In this document: in pieces, positions 19,168 to 27,465 of the stretch
Layout: the number at the start of each line of letters is the position of its first letter
How positions within the stretch are numbered: position 1 is the stretch's first letter
Made by a program: the position numbers and the translations under genes
Origin: Verrucomicrobiota bacterium
Lineage (GTDB): Bacteria; Verrucomicrobiota; Verrucomicrobiia; Limisphaerales; UBA1096
Assembly (NCBI GenBank): GCA_014382705.1
Contig: JACNJE010000082.1
Coordinates: 19,665-83,664, forward strand
DNA: 64,000 nucleotides
Direction of reading: 5' to 3'
The notes under the pieces: model-generated
The model's database searches: none
What the model was told of the DNA's origin: nothing
Seen by the model: the letters and a program-made list of their open reading frames with translations, nothing else

Positions 19168-20040
19168 ATGAAACTCGGTTCCCACATGTCCGCCGCCGGC
19201 GGTGCCTGGAAAGCCATCGAGCGCGCCCGCTCGGTGGAGTGCCAAAGCACGCAGATTTTCGTCAAGAGCAACATGCAGTGGTTCGGCAAGCCGCCCAAGC
19301 CGGCCGACGCCGAGCGCTTCCGGGTGGAGCTGGCCAAGGGCGACGTGGGCACGGTGTTCGGCCACGCCGGCTACCTCATCAACCTCGCCGGGCCGGACGG
19401 CGACAACCGCGACAAGTCGATCGAGTCGCTCACGCAGGAGATCGAGTTTGCCACGACGCTGGGCGTGCCGTTCCTTGTGCTGCACCCCGGCGCGCACCTT
19501 GGCCAGGGCGACGACCGGGGCGTGAAGCGCATCGCGCGGGCGCTGAACGAAATTTTCCGCGTCACGAAAAAATCGCCGGTCCGCATTGCGCTGGAGAACA
19601 CCGCCGGGCAGGGCACCTGCCTTGGCCACCGCATCCGGCATCTCGCCGATATTTTCGAGCGCGTCAAGCAGCCGGAGCGGCTCGGCGTCTGCCTCGACAC
19701 GGCCCATTTCTTCGCCGCCGGCTACGACATCCGCACCCGCAACGGCTGGGACGCCGCGATCGCCGAGGTCGAACAAATGATCGGTCTGGAGCAGGTGCTG
19801 GCGTTTCACCTCAACGACTCGAAGACCGACCTCAACTCACGAGTCGACCGGCACGACCACATCGGCCACGGGCTGATCGGCAAAAAGGCGTTCGCGCACA
19901 TCGTCAACGACCCCCAATTCGCCGACACGCCGGGCTGCCTCGAGACGCCGAAGTCGCCCGACCTGCACGAGGATGTCGCCAACCTGAGCACCCTTCGCTC
20001 GCTCCTCAATAAGCGCAAACGCCCCCGGAAAACCGGGTGA
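19168..20040 (+). CDS. nfo: Deoxyribonuclease IV (endonuclease IV)
   Basis: MKLGSHMSAAGG..., LENTAGQG and HLNDSK motifs of the AP endonuclease family 2. Confidence 0.85.
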   Translation: MKLGSHMSAAGGAWKAIERARSVECQSTQIFVKSNMQWFGKPPKPADAERFRVELAKGDVGTVFGHAGYLINLAGPDGDNRDKSIESLTQEIEFATTLGVPFLVLHPGAHLGQGDDRGVKRIARALNEIFRVTKKSPVRIALENTAGQGTCLGHRIRHLADIFERVKQPERLGVCLDTAHFFAAGYDIRTRNGWDAAIAEVEQMIGLEQVLAFHLNDSKTDLNSRVDRHDHIGHGLIGKKAFAHIVNDPQFADTPGCLETPKSPDLHEDVANLSTLRSLLNKRKRPRKTG

Positions 20041-20077
20041 TTCCGACCCGACCGGCGGAACAAATTCAATTAATCCC

Positions 20078-20104
20078 TAAAGAAAAACCGTCCGCTGCCG
20101 ATAG
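20078..20104 (+). promoter_or_regulatory. Sigma-28 (FliA)-type promoter upstream of flagellin
   Basis: TAAA (20078-20081), N15, then GCCGATAG (20097-20104), against the consensus TAAA-N15-GCCGATAA. Located about 110 nt upstream of the fliC ATG. Confidence 0.6.
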
Positions 20105-20214
20105 TGGTGGCGTTGCACGAGGAACGATTCCTCAACGGTTTTTGAGCCACCCATCACAAAGGTTCATCAGCGGCACGGATGCCAATGCTGTAAACGACAA
20201 ACGGATTTGTCGAC

Positions 20215-21039
20215 ATGGTAATAAACACGAACTTGGCCGCCATGACTGGCGCCCGCCTGCTGGACACCTCCCAGCGTAATCTGACCAACTCCCTCTCGCG
20301 GCTCTCCACCGGATCCCGCATCGTCCAGCCACAGGACGACGCCGCCGGACTGGCGGTGAGCAGCCGTTTCGCCGCGCAAATCAGCCGGAACTCGGCGGCG
20401 ATGAATAACCTCGCCAACGCGGTGTCGTTCTCGCAGACGCAGGACGGCTTCATGCAAAAGGTAACGACCGCCCTCGACCGATTGGGGGAATTGACCGTGC
20501 TCGCCATGGACATCACCAAGACCAACGCGGATCGCTCGAACTACTCGGTCGAGTTCACCCAGTTGCAGAACTACATCAGCGACATCGGGACTAAGACCTT
20601 CAACGGCGTGTCGCTGTTCGCGGTCACCGGCACCGACGTCACCATCGACAGCGACGGCAACACATTCAGCATGAACCCGCTCGACCTGAACTCCACCACG
20701 GCGGCGACCGGCCTGGCCGGGGCGTTCGACGCCGCCTCCTCCGCGATCTACACCACCACCAGCGCCTCCTCCGCGCTGAGCAACATCCAGACTGCGATCC
20801 AGAATCTCGCCGACATGCGCGCCAGCGTCGGCGCGAACATCCAGCGCCTGACCGTCACCCGCAGCCAGGTCGGGCTGCTCAACGAAAAGCTGTCCGCCAC
20901 GAACAGCCGGATTCTCGACGTCGATGTGGCCGAGGAAACCACCGAGCTGGCCCGGTTCAACATTCTCGTCCGGAGCGGCACCACCATGCTCACCCAGGCG
21001 AACCTCATGCCCCAGGCCGCCCTCCAGCTGATCGCCTGA
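20215..21039 (+). CDS. fliC: Flagellin
   Basis: MVINTNLAAM...LSRLSTGSRIVQPQDDAAGLAVS at the N-terminus and ...TTMLTQANLMPQAALQLI at the C-terminus are classic D0/D1 flagellin ends. The variable region is short (274 aa total). Confidence 0.9.
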   Translation: MVINTNLAAMTGARLLDTSQRNLTNSLSRLSTGSRIVQPQDDAAGLAVSSRFAAQISRNSAAMNNLANAVSFSQTQDGFMQKVTTALDRLGELTVLAMDITKTNADRSNYSVEFTQLQNYISDIGTKTFNGVSLFAVTGTDVTIDSDGNTFSMNPLDLNSTTAATGLAGAFDAASSAIYTTTSASSALSNIQTAIQNLADMRASVGANIQRLTVTRSQVGLLNEKLSATNSRILDVDVAEETTELARFNILVRSGTTMLTQANLMPQAALQLIA

Positions 21040-21120
21040 TCCTAATTTCCAAGGAGGGAAAAACCGAGGGAATGCGGCTCTCCAAGTTCGGAGCCGGCCC
21101 ATTCTCGTGCAACAACGAGG

Positions 21121-21146
21121 CAGCGCCATCCCGGCGCTGACTTTTT
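21121..21146 (+). terminator. Intrinsic terminator downstream of flagellin
   Basis: CAGCGCC (21121-21127) / GGCGCTG (21133-21139), a 5-nt loop, then AC-TTTTT. Confidence 0.6.
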
Positions 21147-21157
21147 GCGTTTGGCCC

Positions 21158-23695
21158 TTACGGCGTCTCCATCACCCATGCCAGCAAGTCGGCCATCTGC
21201 CCGGGGCTCAGCCCCGCCTCCAGCCCCGCCGGCATCAGCGACAGGCCGGTCGACTCGATCGAGCGCACATCAGCCCGGCGCACACTCTTTCTGCTTCCGT
21301 CGGGCTGAATCAACTCCACCACGGACGCGTTCTCGTTGGCGATCATCCCAACGAGCGCCCCGTCGTCTTTGGCCAGGTGCACGGTGAACAGCAGATACTG
21401 CGATGCCACTTCGCGGTTCGGGTCAATCAGGCTGACGAGCATTTTCTCCGCCCCATTCGCCCGTGTGGATTTCAGGTCCGGCCCGATGGCACGCCCCACG
21501 CCGCCCAGTTCGTGGCACACGGCACAGCGTTGTTCGAACACCGCCTTGCCGGCGGCCGCACGGCCGCGCTTGGCCAAGGCCGGCCGAAACAGCTCGATGG
21601 CCTTGGCCCGGTCCGGGTTCACGCTGGCCGGCGGCTTGAAGACTTGGGCATGGTATTCGCCCGCCGAGCCGACGCTGACCTTGGCCAAGCGGCCTGCCGC
21701 CATTGTCTCGAGCAGCGTGACGATCCGCACGCCGGCCTTCGATCCCGCAAACGCCTTGTCCGCCGCCAATAACTCGATGATCTCCGAGTGGTTCCCGGTG
21801 GCGGCGTTCAGCGCGGCCACCTCCTGCCAACGGTCGCCCGCGCCGTGCCGCAGCAGCGTCGCCAGCGCGACCGCCTCGCCGGGGATGCGAACCGCGCCAA
21901 GCGTCCAGCCAAGCTGATAACGCACCCGCGCATCCGGATCACCAGCCAAGCGGCGCAGGCCAGCGGCCAAGGGCGAGTCGAACACAGCCGACTGCCCGGC
22001 GGCACCGGGCTGCAGCTTGGGCAGAAATCCCTCCGCCAAGCGCACGGCATGGGCACGCACGACCGGTGACTCGTCGGCCAGCGCCAAGACGAGATCACGG
22101 CGTTTGAGTGCCCCCAGCGCGGCCAGCGAATAGTGGGCGATCATCCTTCCGGCACCGGTTCGACCGCGCTTGGCCAAGCGGCGAAGCGGCTCGACGGCCG
22201 CCTGGTTTTGGCGCTCGTACAACAGCCGGGCCGCCGTGCCGCGATGCCAACCGTTCGGGTGATCGAGCGTCGCAACCAACTCGGCCACAGTCGCTTGGCC
22301 AAGCCGGGGCAGCTCCGGCTGTACGAAAGTACCCGGCACGACCCGATAAATCCGTCCCCGGTCGTTGCCGCTGTCGAGGTCAATGTGCTGCTTGATCCCC
22401 CGCGGCAGCGACCACGGATGCTCAATCACCTCGCGGTACATGTCGGCGATATACAGCGCTCCGTCCGGGCCGACCTCCATCTGCACCGGCCGAAACCAGT
22501 TGTCGGTCGAGGCGAGAAACTCCCGGTCGCTCTCGTCACTGGGGCGCTCGGCTTTGAGTTGAATCCGTCCGCCCCGAAGTTTTTTTCGGTGGACCAAGTT
22601 GCTCCCGGCGTCGGCGATGAAAGCGTCGCCGCTGAACCCGCTTGGCCAAGCGTGCCCATCGTAGATTGTCACGCCGGTTGCCGCCGTAAAATAACCGGAC
22701 GGACGCCCGCCACCCTCCACCGGCCCGGACACTTGCTTGGCGACCCGCCACCGTGTGCGGACCACCCGCCACGCCTCGTCCGGGCTGAGCCGGAACACCG
22801 TCGCCGACGCGCCGTCCACCGGGATGTCCACCAAGGGTGACGGCGGGCCAAAGTTCGGGTTCAATCCGGCGTAGCGCTGCTCGTACATCACCTGCTGGAT
22901 GTGATGGCTGTTGCTGCAGACGAACTTCTGTCCCGCCGCGTTGTAATCCATCCCGTGCTGCGCGCCGCCGCTCTCGAGTCGGAAGTCGAGCGTGCGCGGG
23001 TCGAACGAAAAATCGGAGCGCACAAACGAAACCGTTCCCAACTCCGGCTTGCCGACGACGCGCACCTTCCCAGGCGTGCCGCTGGCCGTGCCGTGGATGC
23101 GGTTGTCCTGTCCCCAGCGAAAACTGTTCATCAGCGACTGCATGTTGAGCCGGTTAACTGAGTCACCAATGCCGGTGAAAACAACTCGCCGCTCGTCGGC
23201 TTCGCGGTCGCCGTCGGTGTCTTTCAAATAAAGAATGTCCGGCGTCACGCCGACGAATACGCCGCCGTCGTAACAGACGATCGCCGTTGGCCAAGCGAGG
23301 TCGCGGGCGAAGACGGTCGATCGGTCGAAACGGCCATCGCCGTCGGTGTCCTCGAGCAGCCGCACTTGGCCAAGTTTATCGTCGCGGTGTTCGGAGTAGC
23401 CGATCATCTCGATGACGTACAACCGGCCATTCTCGTCGAATGCCATCGCGACCGGGTCGGCGATCAGCGGCTCGGCTGCGGCCAACTCCAGCCGAAAACC
23501 GGGCTTGATCGTGAACGTGGAGAGGGCCTCAGCCGGTTTCGTCGGTTTCAGCCGGGGCAAATCCCGCTTGGCGGCCTCCGGTTCGGCGGCGGAAAGGAAC
23601 GGCGCGACCAAGCCCAGCCAAGGGAAAACAAGGAAAAGAAGGCGAAACACGGAGCAAACCAAGCGGCAATAAGGGAAAACAACAAGAAAAAACAA
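21158..23695 (-). CDS. PVC-type heme-binding CxxCH protein (dehydrogenase-like beta-propeller + HEAT repeats + cytochrome c domain)
   Basis: Signal peptide, an N-terminal membrane-bound-dehydrogenase-like domain, and a C-terminal CAVCHELGGVGRAIGPDL heme c site. Confidence 0.7.
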   Translation of the reverse strand: MFFLVVFPYCRLVCSVFRLLFLVFPWLGLVAPFLSAAEPEAAKRDLPRLKPTKPAEALSTFTIKPGFRLELAAAEPLIADPVAMAFDENGRLYVIEMIGYSEHRDDKLGQVRLLEDTDGDGRFDRSTVFARDLAWPTAIVCYDGGVFVGVTPDILYLKDTDGDREADERRVVFTGIGDSVNRLNMQSLMNSFRWGQDNRIHGTASGTPGKVRVVGKPELGTVSFVRSDFSFDPRTLDFRLESGGAQHGMDYNAAGQKFVCSNSHHIQQVMYEQRYAGLNPNFGPPSPLVDIPVDGASATVFRLSPDEAWRVVRTRWRVAKQVSGPVEGGGRPSGYFTAATGVTIYDGHAWPSGFSGDAFIADAGSNLVHRKKLRGGRIQLKAERPSDESDREFLASTDNWFRPVQMEVGPDGALYIADMYREVIEHPWSLPRGIKQHIDLDSGNDRGRIYRVVPGTFVQPELPRLGQATVAELVATLDHPNGWHRGTAARLLYERQNQAAVEPLRRLAKRGRTGAGRMIAHYSLAALGALKRRDLVLALADESPVVRAHAVRLAEGFLPKLQPGAAGQSAVFDSPLAAGLRRLAGDPDARVRYQLGWTLGAVRIPGEAVALATLLRHGAGDRWQEVAALNAATGNHSEIIELLAADKAFAGSKAGVRIVTLLETMAAGRLAKVSVGSAGEYHAQVFKPPASVNPDRAKAIELFRPALAKRGRAAAGKAVFEQRCAVCHELGGVGRAIGPDLKSTRANGAEKMLVSLIDPNREVASQYLLFTVHLAKDDGALVGMIANENASVVELIQPDGSRKSVRRADVRSIESTGLSLMPAGLEAGLSPGQMADLLAWVMETP

Positions 23696-23804
23696 GCTTA
23701 TGCGTTTTTACGTTAATGTCTATTGACATAGTGTAGATTTAAGCTGTACGTTGCCTGTTTGGGTGCCGCTTGGCCAACCGCTTGGCTCGGTATCTTTACC
23801 AAAT

Positions 23805-24065
23805 ATGACGACAGAAAATGCACCTTTATTGACCGAATCGCCGCTGCGCAGCGCCCTTAAAGGGTTCACTTGGCGCTTGGTGGCGACATTCACGACGGTG
23901 GTGATCGCCTACTGCATAACTGGTAAACAGGCCCTGGCGTTGCAAATCGGGGCGGTTGAGTTTGTGGCCAAGCTCGTCGTGTACTACGTCCATGAACGGG
24001 CTTGGGTGAGGGTACCGTTCGGGCGAGGGCTGCTGAAAACCGGAGGAAACGGGGATAAGGTTTGA
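23805..24065 (+). CDS. DUF2061-family small membrane protein
   Basis: KGFTWRLVATFTTVVIAYCITG...KLVVYYVHERAW pattern. The ATG at 23805 is preferred over the TTG at 23751. Confidence 0.6.
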   Translation: MTTENAPLLTESPLRSALKGFTWRLVATFTTVVIAYCITGKQALALQIGAVEFVAKLVVYYVHERAWVRVPFGRGLLKTGGNGDKV

Positions 24066-24090
24066 CAAGCTGGCCCGTTTTACGCTTCAT
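24062..24090 (+). promoter_or_regulatory. Candidate promoter for the riboswitch-controlled operon
   Basis: Perfect -35 TTGACA (24062-24067), a 17-nt spacer, and a weak -10 CTTCAT (24085-24090). It would start transcription about 15-20 nt before P1. Confidence 0.3.
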
Positions 24091-24112
24091 TCCGTGTCGC
24101 CGCCTTGGCGGC

Positions 24113-24231
24113 GTTCTCATTAAGAGTGGTTGAGGGATTTGGCCCGATGACACCACGGCAACCGGTTGGCCCGCGAAGCCAATGACAAGGTGCCAATTCC
24201 AGCCCGGCGGGTTGCCGGGAAAAATGGGACG
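24113..24231 (+). promoter_or_regulatory. SAM-I riboswitch (S-box) aptamer
   Basis: UUCUCAUUAAGAGUGGUUGAGGGAUUUGGCCCGAUGACACCACGGCAACC...AAGGUGCCAAUUCCAGCC...GAAAAAUGGGA matches the SAM-I core almost base for base. P1 is 24115-24121 paired with 24223-24229. Confidence 0.9.
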
Positions 24232-24252
24232 AGATCGCGGAATTAAATTTCA

Positions 24253-24284
24253 CCCCTTCTCGTCTTTCGGGAAGGGGCTTTTTT
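24253..24284 (+). terminator. Riboswitch expression-platform intrinsic terminator
   Basis: 10-bp stem CCCCTTCTCG (24253-24262) / CGGGAAGGGG (24268-24277) with a 5-nt loop, followed by C and T6. GACGAGA (24228-24234) can pair with TCTCGTC (24258-24264) as an antiterminator. Confidence 0.85.
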
Positions 24285-24323
24285 GTCCCACTCACTCCCA
24301 CCTTTCGCAACGGAAGCAGAACC

Positions 24324-25583
24324 ATGAGCAAGAGTGCAGGATTCATGCGGGCACTGAAGTGCCGCGAGTGCGGGCGGGAATATCCGCTCGAGGCCACCCA
24401 TGTGTGCGAGTTCGACTTCGGGCCGCTCGAGGTCGCGTACGACTACGACAAGATCAGGAAGTCGATGACCAAGGCCGCCCTGGCCAAGCGGCCGGAAACC
24501 ATGTGGCGTTTCCGCGAGCTGCTGCCGGTGGCCGACGAGCCGACCGTCGGCACGCGCGTCGGCTACACGCCGCTCGTCAAGGCCGACCGCTTGGCCAAGT
24601 GGCTCGGTGTGCGCGAGGCTTGGGTGAAGAACGACGCCGTCAACTACCCGACGCTGTCGTTCAAGGATCGCGTCGTGAGCGTTGCTCTGAGTCGCGCCAA
24701 GGAGCTGGGCTTCGAGACGGTCGCCTGCGCCTCCACCGGCAACCTCGCCAACTCGGTCGCCGCCAATGCCGCCTCCGCCGGGCTGGATGCGGTCGTGTTC
24801 ATCCCGGCCGACCTCGAGGAGGGCAAGATTCTCAACTCGCTGATTTACGGCGCACGCGTCGTTGGCATCCGCGGCCATTACGACGAGGTGAACCGGCTCT
24901 GCGCCGAGATTGCCGGCAAGTATGGCTGGGCCTTCGTCAACGTGAACATGCGCCCGTACTACGCGGAGGGGTCGAAGAGCATGGCGTATGAGATCGCCGA
25001 GCAGCTCGACTGGAAACTGCCGCAGCACACCGTCGTGCCGATGGCGTCCGGCTCGCTGCTTACGAAGATTCACAAGGGCTATCAGGAATTGATCCAGCTC
25101 GACTTAACCAAGGATTCGAAGCCGACCGTGCACGGCGCGCAAGCCACCGGCTGCTCGCCGATCTCCGCGGCATTCAAGCAGGGGATGGATTTTTTCAAGC
25201 CGGTCAAGCCGGACACCATCGCCAAGTCGCTCGCCATCGGCACGCCGGCGGACGGGTTTTACGCGCTGAAGGTGATGAAGGAGACCGGCGGCGCGTCCGA
25301 CGACGTGAGCGACGACGAGATCCGCGAGGCGATGTCGGCGCTGGCCGAGTGCGAGGGCATCTTCACCGAGACGGCCGGCGGCGTGACCGTGGGCACGGCC
25401 AAGAAACTGGTTGCCTCGGGCAAGATTCCCGCCGAGGATTCGGTCGTGCTTTGCGTCACCGGCAACGGCCTCAAGACGCTCGACGCCGTGCAGGGGCACG
25501 TCGGCAAACCGGCCGGCATCAAGCCGAGCCTGCGCGAGTTTGAGCAATTGATGGAGAAAGACGGCAAAGTCAAATCGAAGTAA
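24324..25583 (+). CDS. Threonine-synthase-family PLP enzyme (ThrC-like); predicted homocysteine-forming enzyme because of its SAM riboswitch and sulfur-carrier partner
   Basis: N-terminal zinc ribbon (CRECG...HVCEFDFGPLE) and the PLP lysine motif PTLSFKDRVVS. A SAM-I riboswitch lies upstream and MoaD-like and NIL genes lie downstream. Confidence 0.8.
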   Translation: MSKSAGFMRALKCRECGREYPLEATHVCEFDFGPLEVAYDYDKIRKSMTKAALAKRPETMWRFRELLPVADEPTVGTRVGYTPLVKADRLAKWLGVREAWVKNDAVNYPTLSFKDRVVSVALSRAKELGFETVACASTGNLANSVAANAASAGLDAVVFIPADLEEGKILNSLIYGARVVGIRGHYDEVNRLCAEIAGKYGWAFVNVNMRPYYAEGSKSMAYEIAEQLDWKLPQHTVVPMASGSLLTKIHKGYQELIQLDLTKDSKPTVHGAQATGCSPISAAFKQGMDFFKPVKPDTIAKSLAIGTPADGFYALKVMKETGGASDDVSDDEIREAMSALAECEGIFTETAGGVTVGTAKKLVASGKIPAEDSVVLCVTGNGLKTLDAVQGHVGKPAGIKPSLREFEQLMEKDGKVKSK

Positions 25584-25601
25584 CCCGAGACCTATTTCAG
25601 C

Positions 25602-25877
25602 ATGGCAGTCACAATCAGAATCCCCACCCCGCTGCGGAAGCTCACCAACGAGCAGGAAACCGTCGAGGTCGAGTCCGCCACGATCGGCGCGGCCGTCGAT
25701 GAACTCGAAGGCAAGTTCCCCGGCATCAAGGAGCGGCTCGTCGGAGAGGACGGCGAGATCCGCCGCTTCGTGAACGTCTACGTCAACGAGGAGGACATCC
25801 GCTTCCTCGACAACCAGGCCACCCCGCTCAAGGACGGCGACGATGTCAGCATCATCCCGGCCATCGCCGGCGGCTAA
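25602..25877 (+). CDS. MoaD/ThiS-family ubiquitin-like sulfur-carrier protein ending in Gly-Gly
   Basis: 91 aa. The beta-grasp-like sequence ends ...DGDDVSIIPAIAGG immediately before the stop codon. Confidence 0.7.
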   Translation: MAVTIRIPTPLRKLTNEQETVEVESATIGAAVDELEGKFPGIKERLVGEDGEIRRFVNVYVNEEDIRFLDNQATPLKDGDDVSIIPAIAGG

Positions 25878-25880
25878 CCC

Positions 25881-26174
25881 ATGGCAGCCAAGAAAAAGGC
25901 GGTCCGCAAAACCAAGCGCCCGGCCAAGACCCGCAAGACCGCGCGCCTCTGGCTGATGTTCCCGCCCAAGCTCATCACCAAGCCGGTCGTTTGGGAGCTG
26001 TCCCAAAAGTTCCCCGTCATCACCAACGTCCGCCAAGCCAGTGTCACCGGCGAGATCGGCCTGGTTTGCCTCGAGCTCGACGGCTTGGCCAACGATGTGA
26101 AAAAAGCGATCAGTTGGCTCGAGCGCAAGGGTGTCAACGTCGAGCCGGTCGAGATCAACGTCATCGAAAGCTGA
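25881..26174 (+). CDS. NIL-domain protein
   Basis: 97 aa with a basic N-terminus followed by ...PVVWELSQKFPVITNVRQASV...GLVCLELDG...AISWLERKGVNVEPV, resembling the NIL domain found at the MetN C-terminus. It starts 4 nt after the MoaD-like gene. Confidence 0.6.
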   Translation: MAAKKKAVRKTKRPAKTRKTARLWLMFPPKLITKPVVWELSQKFPVITNVRQASVTGEIGLVCLELDGLANDVKKAISWLERKGVNVEPVEINVIES

Positions 26175-26245
26175 GTTTCATTCTCACGCGAAGCCGCGAA
26201 GAAAAGAATCCCAGCGGATTCCGTTCTAAAGCCCAAGGTTGCAAA

Positions 26246-26328
26246 CAGGCTGTAAGCCTGAATCTACGTAGCCGGGGGCAGCGCCCCCGGTATCCGACAG
26301 ACCAATCCACTGTGCCCTGTAAGGGCAC
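26246..26328. repeat. Array of three short GC-rich hairpins in a convergent spacer
   Basis: CAGGCT-GTA-AGCCTG (26246-26260), CCGGGGGC-AGC-GCCCCCGG (26272-26290) and GTGCCCT-GTA-AGGGCAC (26312-26328). Confidence 0.6.
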
Positions 26329-26378
26329 TGCAATCGCGTTAATTGAATTACGGTTGAACACCCCTTCCAGGGCCCCGG

Positions 26379-27011
26379 CTAAACGGGCGGGATCTTGCGC
26401 GGGGGCGGGGCTTTCACGAAGTCCACTTGCCGGAGGTACACCGGCGAGAGCTCGGAGGCCTCAACGAAATCACTGCGACCCCCGGCCAGCCGACCGACAT
26501 GCTCGGCGGCGGGAAAGTTGTCGCCCACGCCGGGGCCGATGGCGAGCTGGCCGGCGGCGAGCAGTGCCTCGTATTCCGCGCGCTTGGCCAACTGCATCGG
26601 CTCGACGGTGCGGATGCCTTCGTCGATCAACTCGTATTTGGCCAGATAAAACTCCCCGCGCTGGGCGTCCACCGCCAGCGTGATTGCGCCACGCCGCCCG
26701 GCCGCCTGCTCGCCCCTGGCCAAGGCCTCGAGGCTGTCCACGCCAAGCACCTTCACGCCGAGCGCGAGTTGCCAGCCCTGCGTCAGCGCGATCGCCGCAC
26801 GGATGCCGGTGTACGAGCCGGGGCCGATGCCGACGGCGATGCAGTCGATCTCCGTCCGCCCGACCGCCGCTTGGCCAAGTGCGGACTCGATCAGTGCCAC
26901 CGCCGCAGTGTCCCGGCCCTCAGTGACGGTTTGCTCCGCCAGGAGCCGTGCGCCGTCCAGCACGGCGACGCTCCGGTGGTCGGACGAAAACTCAATGGCC
27001 AAAATCTTCAT
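26379..27011 (-). CDS. tsaB: tRNA t6A37 biosynthesis protein TsaB
   Basis: MKILAIEFSSDHRSVAVL...GIGPGSYTGIRAAIA signature. Start located inside the long 26379..27947 ORF. Confidence 0.8.
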   Translation of the reverse strand: MKILAIEFSSDHRSVAVLDGARLLAEQTVTEGRDTAAVALIESALGQAAVGRTEIDCIAVGIGPGSYTGIRAAIALTQGWQLALGVKVLGVDSLEALARGEQAAGRRGAITLAVDAQRGEFYLAKYELIDEGIRTVEPMQLAKRAEYEALLAAGQLAIGPGVGDNFPAAEHVGRLAGGRSDFVEASELSPVYLRQVDFVKAPPPRKIPPV

Positions 27012-27465
27012 GAACAATCTTCCGCTTGGTTTCTCCCTCGTCCGACAAATGCACGAGCCGCAGCGCTTGGCCAACGCTTGGCTGGATCGACTCCGGCAGC
27101 GGTTGGCCGGGCTGCCAGTCGCGCCCAAGCCAGCGCTCGAACCACTCGACGGCGGTGACGCCATCCGGCGTGGTGAGATGATGCTCCAGCCCGGCGCCGA
27201 TGATTTCGGACGGGCGCTCGAGCCGGTACAGGTCGATGTGCGCCAGCGGCAGCGCGCCATCGTCGTGCTCCTGCAGCAGCGCAAACGTCGGCGACGTGAC
27301 GGTGCCCGTGATGCCAAGCCCGGCGGCCAAGCCCTTGACAAGCTGCGTCTTGCCAGTGCCGAGGTCGCCGATGAGGCCGACCACCCAGCCGGGCCGCACC
27401 TTCGCCGCCCAGCGCCGGCCCAGCTCGAAGGTTTCCGCCGGGCTATTGGAAATGAACGTGTCCAC
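26992..27465 (-). CDS. tsaE: tRNA t6A37 biosynthesis ATPase TsaE
   Basis: GLIGDLGTGKTQLVKGLAAGLGI P-loop and a HIDLYRL motif. Overlaps tsaB by 20 nt. Confidence 0.85.
   Translation of the reverse strand: MDTFISNSPAETFELGRRWAAKVRPGWVVGLIGDLGTGKTQLVKGLAAGLGITGTVTSPTFALLQEHDDGALPLAHIDLYRLERPSEIIGAGLEHHLTTPDGVTAVEWFERWLGRDWQPGQPLPESIQPSVGQALRLVHLSDEGETKRKIVHEDFGH

Noticed and set aside
21070-21100. Hairpin-like CGGCTC...GAGCCG just after the flagellin stop.
   Set aside because: It has only 6 bp, an 11-nt loop and no U-tract. The better terminator at 21121-21146 was reported instead.
23696-23804. AT-rich spacer with TTGACA (near 23724) as a promoter for the DUF2061 gene or the divergent heme-protein gene.
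   Set aside because: No acceptable -10 element lies at 16-18 nt spacing, and promoter consensus for this phylum is uncertain.
24324-25583. Annotating this gene simply as threonine synthase (thrC).
   Set aside because: The family membership is clear. However, the SAM-I riboswitch upstream and the co-transcribed MoaD-like GG protein argue against a plain threonine-synthesis role. It is kept as ThrC-like with function flagged as a finding.
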